Assembly: GCA_036229005.1 (NCBI GenBank)
Contig: JAZAMN010000019.1
Location: 1-63,661 of the forward strand
Reading direction: 5' to 3'
Length of the DNA: 63,661 bases
Source: Myxococcota bacterium
GTDB lineage: Bacteria > Myxococcota_A > UBA796 > CAJQPC01
Shown: in pieces, positions 60,101-63,661 of the stretch
How the letters are laid out: every line of letters begins with the position of its first letter
Numbering within the stretch: the first letter of the stretch is position 1
Made by a program: the position numbers and the translations under genes
The notes under the pieces: generated by a model
What the model was told of the DNA's origin: nothing
What the model saw: only the letters and a program-made list of their open reading frames with translations
The model's database searches: none

Positions 60101-60588
60101 TTCTCCCAGCGGTATGCGACGTCCTCCCAGACCTGGGCGTAGAGCTCGCCGGTGTTCTGCCAGTGGGTGCGCGTGGCGTAGGCCTGAGCGACCTCGGCTG
60201 GCAGGTCGCCGTTCTCCGCGGGGGCTTCTTCGGCGGCCTTTCGGGCTCCGCGGTGGTTCATCTGGAAGGCCTGGGAGGTCTCCCAAGCGCTGTCGCTGTC
60301 CATGAACTCCACCCGCTCGATGCAGAGGCCGTAGCGGGCCTCCGTCGCGGGACAGTCGTTCTCAGCGTCCATGTCGCGGAACCCAACGACCTTCACCTCT
60401 GGCGTGACGTTGGGGTTCCGGTCGGGATCGTCCAGGCTCGGCCCCTCGGCGCCGGAGGCTGCGTCCTTCCCGGAGCGCAAGCGGTCCAGAGCGCTCTGGG
60501 CGAGGGCGTCGCCAGGCCAGAGCAGCAGCGCGAGGCCACCGAGGGTGAGCAAGGAGAGGGGCCGGGTGGCAGGGAGGGAGCCGGGCAT
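57151..60588 (-). CDS. Large secreted hypothetical protein (1145 aa) with beta-barrel-like C-terminal region
   Basis: Signal peptide (LLLWPGDALA|QS); roughly eight amphipathic strands in the last ~250 aa; start overlaps upstream stop (TGATG). Confidence 0.75.
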   Translation of the reverse strand: MPGSLPATRPLSLLTLGGLALLLWPGDALAQSALDRLRSGKDAASGAEGPSLDDPDRNPNVTPEVKVVGFRDMDAENDCPATEARYGLCIERVEFMDSDSAWETSQAFQMNHRGARKAAEEAPAENGDLPAEVAQAYATRTHWQNTGELYAQVWEDVAYRWEKDGDIGQSLQREGFTALPTTNEQWSASVRTRGGQYALPDEEVWLAPDFWIEAQSGTPIYRDLQYFDDGSGAFEGAPQLVLMQGRFAERLGYQGQLRAYDIFHGDPKSSGPFFEQMYPYESPGTFASAGIEGMLTRPLLSDDNGNTSRTELVDLRERNTKLEILGTPSFMEVETYASAEFVAFSRLLQVQIAQFAMEEFTVNQMRAMTALTAMLYPPGAADISGRSSRRLNAGSMGETDTAEEIAARTAGAFYSVEGGFDLSYEDVPTPLVERYILDLTTLYGVRVTDEMMLEINDRIYESLVELWRGDVKPLRSVDLMEIEQWANTNFDGSKHDVVKNRVKRIVLAVLMRQLAPDERDQRETWLLLDHATQKMAGTFDDSPGVKSAPGDVVETSAGAWASTLATHRYAATPIPQGLGAIDPVAVCSTADGTNALKEESFGAVHLDILVEAPDGEVPFEQLTAHELEMERDRVMWESREQVPFSMLDNPFVTEPALTRLVGMPGDKALYRIRWEIWTGWHILWAIEDMPSIDDNPSGVRLSFRTAAICEDTVLAPKDLVPTLVRAALLDGEFAHTDHVRRRDLELEDRLTAWPPIVAQIAKRLVPRKFSDEPPAKVDPNTYSYLSELIRAQVRDYASSGEREDMLLVVVDNHAPGRWTPLMDRRPRTSYARTQSRAWRVGTVRTASWAWYVRGSAKPGRLGAPVFPAYSATESVEANAKAPRWARPKTTDINIVGGLGYFPYRQVNYFCSPNVQDLDVISPCASNQVLPPLYSDGLSIDFGVYATLWFQKDWRVAIETGPELRMDAVIPGASLSCNFVDCDGDNPNYAFTMRPQLGLSVGIRHAPDPRPLRRSLALGYPWGADRADGSSDLSRGQHGVRGGFLVGPGYNGMEYTLSAEYWMSWGVRRKTSPQASFTPYHPNFVLGPYLRYQRGGMLSNLTDAAGADGDRYYDLESSNTVLIGVRGQYRLRGDQKEPDVPSELPQ

Positions 60589-63500
60589 CAGAACTTCCTC
60601 AGGTGGTCCAGGTCGCGGATCCGCTGAACGGCCTCCATGATCTCCTCAAGGAGCTCACGGGCCTCTGGGCTCTGCGTGGTCAGGGTCTTGAGCACTTCGA
60701 CCATCTGCTCTCGCGCCATCTCCTGGAGGACATCTGGCGGGGGCGAAGGCTCTGGTTTTGGAGCGCTGACCCGCCGGCGCTTCGCCGGCTCAGCCTGCCA
60801 CTCGATGTCAGGGAAGTCCCCTGACGACCACGCCTCTTCGTCCGCCTCGAACGGGGAGGGATGGTACCCCCCATCGCGTCCTCCGTGCAGCCGCTTGCCG
60901 CCGCTTTTTTGCCCAGAGGGGCGCGGAGCCCCTGATGCTGGGGTCGCGGACGGGCTCTGCAATGCGGAACTGGACGAATCGGCCTCTCGCTGAGGCTCGG
61001 GCTCGGGCGGCTTACGGGGCGCGATGAAGGTGGGGCTCCCCTGAAAGGCCTGCATCTGGGCCAAGGGAGCCGGGCTCGGGCTCTTGGCGGCGGCGCTTTG
61101 GGGATCTCGGGTCCTGGGAGCGAGCCCGCTGAGCCCTCTCGGTTGCTCTTCCGCGGCGCGGCGAGCGATGTGCTGAGCGTCGGGAGACTGGATGGGGGCA
61201 CGGCCGGGACCCGTGGTGCCCCGGGGCTCTCGCTGGGCTTGTGCTCTTCGCTGGGGCTGGGATGAGGGAGGGGTGCGGAAGTCCAGACCGCGCCCGCGCG
61301 CGGCCAGGCTGCGGGTTCCACCTCTCCGAACCGCTCGGCTCACCCCAATCTCCGGGCTGCCATCCGCCAGCGAGGTGCGGCGGGGCGCGACCGTTGGCTG
61401 GCCCTCCCAGGCTTGCTGGCGCGCCAAGGCAGGCGTCTGTGCCTGTCCACTCCCCGATGGGGCGAAGCGGGGGCTCGCATCCTGCCCAGCCACACCGGCG
61501 GGGCTCGACATCAGCTCGGGGCTGCGCCAATCCTGCCCCTCGGTGAAGGCATCGCGCAGGTCCCGGGGGACAGAGGGCTTGGCCCTGCGGATCGAGGTCT
61601 GCTCAGCCTGGGCCTGGAGACCGCGGCTCGGCAGGGTGGACGGGGCGCCGGCATGGCGGCCAGCGCTGGTGCTGCTTGGGCGGAGCTGCTCGACCGCGCT
61701 GGGCGACAGGCTCGGACCACGCGCACCGGGGCGTCGCCAATCCACCGCAGCGGTCGCGCTCTGGCGGAGCGAAGTGGGGGTTGGGCCGGAGCCGGGAGTG
61801 GTGGGCGGGCGCGTGGTCCGAACGCCAGCCTGAGGGGCCTGGTCTGCTTCCCTTGCGGCGGCAGGCTCAACGGTCGCTGCTGAGCTGGCCTCTGGCAGGG
61901 CGCGCCGCGAGCGCTTGATGGTCGCGCTCGTGTCTGCGTAGCGCGAGAGCAGCGGCGTCTGGGGCGCACCCGCCCGGCTCCAGTCGATGCTCTGACTGTA
62001 GGTCCCAGACAGCCCCGGGCCGCGCTGACTCCCCAAGGTCGGGGGCCGCAGCATCGCCCGGGGGCCAGCCTGGGCTGCCTCAGTTGGGACGCTTCCAGGA
62101 CGCTGTGGCCGCTGGGGAGGGGAGGTCTCAGGCCTCGCCGGCTGGCGGGAGGGTGTCCGACGGGTGGAGGGCGGGCTCAGTTGAGGCGCGGGCCCGGTCG
62201 AGGGGGACTCCCACGGTGTTTGCGGCTGATCCTTGGGGCGCGTCCGGCGCAGGGGGACCTCGACCGAGCCCTCCCACGCTGCCCGGCGGGCCAGGATCGG
62301 CGTCTCAGGACTGCCCGAGCCCACTGGAGCGCGCAGGCGACGCTCAGGAAGCGCGGTCGGTGAGGCGGTGCCGCGGAGATCGGGGGCCCGACCCAGTTGA
62401 GGACCAGGGGAGCTCCCAGGAGACCTGGGCGCCTCCAAGCCGCTGGGAATGGGCGGTGGCGGAGCGTCTGCAGGGAGGCCGCGGGGGAGGGGAGCCTCCT
62501 CGGCGGGCGGCGTGACCTGAGGCCTCCGGCGGCCGATGGTCTGCGCGTCCGGACTGTGGATCGGTGCGCGCCCGAGGCCGGCTCGGGTCCAGTCGATGCC
62601 TTCGTCGAACGCGCTGCTGAGGCCTCGGAGCTGAACGCGTCGCGTCAGCAGGCCTGGGCGCAGGCTCGCAGGAGCTTGAGGCGCTTGAGGGACCGGGGAC
62701 GCTTGCTCACCCCGTGCCCTCTGGAGCACCGCCGGTGCAGAGACTGGAGCCGAGCCTGTCTCTTGGGCGACAGCCGGAGGCGGTGCGGGCCTGACAGGGG
62801 GCGTGCGCCAGTCCACTCGAGGCGCGGCCGGGCTCTCCTGCCGCTGGCGATGGGGGGCTCGCGGCGACTCCTGAACCAGCGGAGGGGCTGTAGGCCTACG
62901 CCTGGCGGGGGTCGGGGACGCGGGGCTCGTGGCCTGTTCCGGGGACTCTCCTCTCGGAGTTGGCGCCGGGGTGGTCTGCGTGGACCGCTTGCGGGGCGCC
63001 ACGAACTCCGGGGAGTAGAGCGGCGGGCGCGCAGGGAGGCCAACGGAGCCTCCACCTCCCAGGTCGGTCTGGGGCCGAAGCGGCGCACCCCTCAGGACCC
63101 CCGCCGACCAATCCACGGGGCCGCCCAGATCACGCATGCTCTCTTGCGGCAAGGCGATCTCGACCAGGTCACCTTCCTGGCGGACGACGCGCGCACCCGC
63201 CGGGAGTGTCTTGAGGAGCTCCTTGAGGGTGGGCAGCGCCTCAGGGGCGCTCTGAAGCGGCAGACGAGCGGGACGCTGGGGTGCCGCTACCGGAGTCCCC
63301 ACCTCTCCAGTCGGGGGGCCAGCCTCACGCCGAACCCCTCCTGGCGCCGGCGAGGAGCTGCTTGCGGTCCCCGAACGAGGAGCCTCCGGGGCTTGCCCCA
63401 CCGCCGTCCGAGAGGGCGTCGACTGCTCGGGGGCCTGGGGAGCGGTGCGAGTCTGCGAAGGAGGCGGCCCCTGAACAGGCGTCGCCTTCGACGGCTGATC

Positions 63501-63661
63501 TCGGGTCGCTTGGGTCTGTGCCGTGCTGGAGACCGCCCCGGAGCGAGGGGGCGCCTGCTCTGCTGGTGCGGTTGGGGCTGCTGGAGCCCTCCTCTCCGTC
63601 CGGGGCGGCTGAGATTCACTGGGAGTCTGGGGCCTCGGCCGCGCTTGGGGGGGGGCCGCGG
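60588..63661 (-). CDS. Pro/Ala/Arg/Ser-rich low-complexity repeat protein with helical C-terminal cap (5' end outside window)
   Basis: Frame checked by hand: no stop from 63401 to the window edge; recurring DW motifs; helical C-terminus; stop coupled to the next gene's ATG. Confidence 0.7.
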   Translation of the reverse strand, partial: AAPPQARPRPQTPSESQPPRTERRAPAAPTAPAEQAPPRSGAVSSTAQTQATRDQPSKATPVQGPPPSQTRTAPQAPEQSTPSRTAVGQAPEAPRSGTASSSSPAPGGVRREAGPPTGEVGTPVAAPQRPARLPLQSAPEALPTLKELLKTLPAGARVVRQEGDLVEIALPQESMRDLGGPVDWSAGVLRGAPLRPQTDLGGGGSVGLPARPPLYSPEFVAPRKRSTQTTPAPTPRGESPEQATSPASPTPARRRPTAPPLVQESPRAPHRQRQESPAAPRVDWRTPPVRPAPPPAVAQETGSAPVSAPAVLQRARGEQASPVPQAPQAPASLRPGLLTRRVQLRGLSSAFDEGIDWTRAGLGRAPIHSPDAQTIGRRRPQVTPPAEEAPLPRGLPADAPPPPIPSGLEAPRSPGSSPGPQLGRAPDLRGTASPTALPERRLRAPVGSGSPETPILARRAAWEGSVEVPLRRTRPKDQPQTPWESPSTGPAPQLSPPSTRRTPSRQPARPETSPPQRPQRPGSVPTEAAQAGPRAMLRPPTLGSQRGPGLSGTYSQSIDWSRAGAPQTPLLSRYADTSATIKRSRRALPEASSAATVEPAAAREADQAPQAGVRTTRPPTTPGSGPTPTSLRQSATAAVDWRRPGARGPSLSPSAVEQLRPSSTSAGRHAGAPSTLPSRGLQAQAEQTSIRRAKPSVPRDLRDAFTEGQDWRSPELMSSPAGVAGQDASPRFAPSGSGQAQTPALARQQAWEGQPTVAPRRTSLADGSPEIGVSRAVRRGGTRSLAARGRGLDFRTPPSSQPQRRAQAQREPRGTTGPGRAPIQSPDAQHIARRAAEEQPRGLSGLAPRTRDPQSAAAKSPSPAPLAQMQAFQGSPTFIAPRKPPEPEPQREADSSSSALQSPSATPASGAPRPSGQKSGGKRLHGGRDGGYHPSPFEADEEAWSSGDFPDIEWQAEPAKRRRVSAPKPEPSPPPDVLQEMAREQMVEVLKTLTTQSPEARELLEEIMEAVQRIRDLDHLRKF

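Overview
High-GC bacterial chromosomal window, most likely a Myxococcota/'Deltaproteobacteria' lineage (inferred from MopE-type Cys/Asp repeats, MYXO-CTERM-like tails, M23-secA and kdsB-pyrG-rpoN gene order). It opens with the 3' end and right terminus of an IS110-family element. A housekeeping core follows: tsaD-rsmA, a HAMP kinase/NtrC-type pair, PP2C, M23-secA, rpsB-tsf-pyrH-frr-uppS-cdsA-rseP-tsaB, asd-like, truA, rplM-rpsI, kdsB-pyrG-rpoN, tcdA. Two accessory loci are the best candidates for undescribed systems. (1) 35.6-40.0 kb, minus strand: two tandem, near-identical 56/59-aa lipopeptide genes ending in (Asn-Ala-Cys)7-8, each followed by a terminator-like hairpin, upstream of a pentaheme cytochrome c, a SAM methyltransferase and a GT-C-type glycosyltransferase. 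(2) 44.8-63.7 kb: a 2651-aa MYXO-CTERM surface protein plus an Afp15/Pvc15-like AAA ATPase, converging on a translationally coupled operon of a Pro-rich repeat protein, a secreted beta-barrel-tailed protein, a divergent Pvc16/DUF4255-like protein and a membrane protein with a degenerate lytic-transglycosylase-like domain; this may be the edge of an atypical, envelope-anchored contractile injection system. Smaller observations: an apparently obligatory CTG start codon, a consensus inverted sigma-54 site in front of rpoN, a surface protein with an internal sorting signal fused to an outer-membrane barrel, and absence of kdsA-lpt and dxr from their usual positions. No rRNA, tRNA or CRISPR array was seen. 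All family assignments are by-eye motif recognition; no searches were run.
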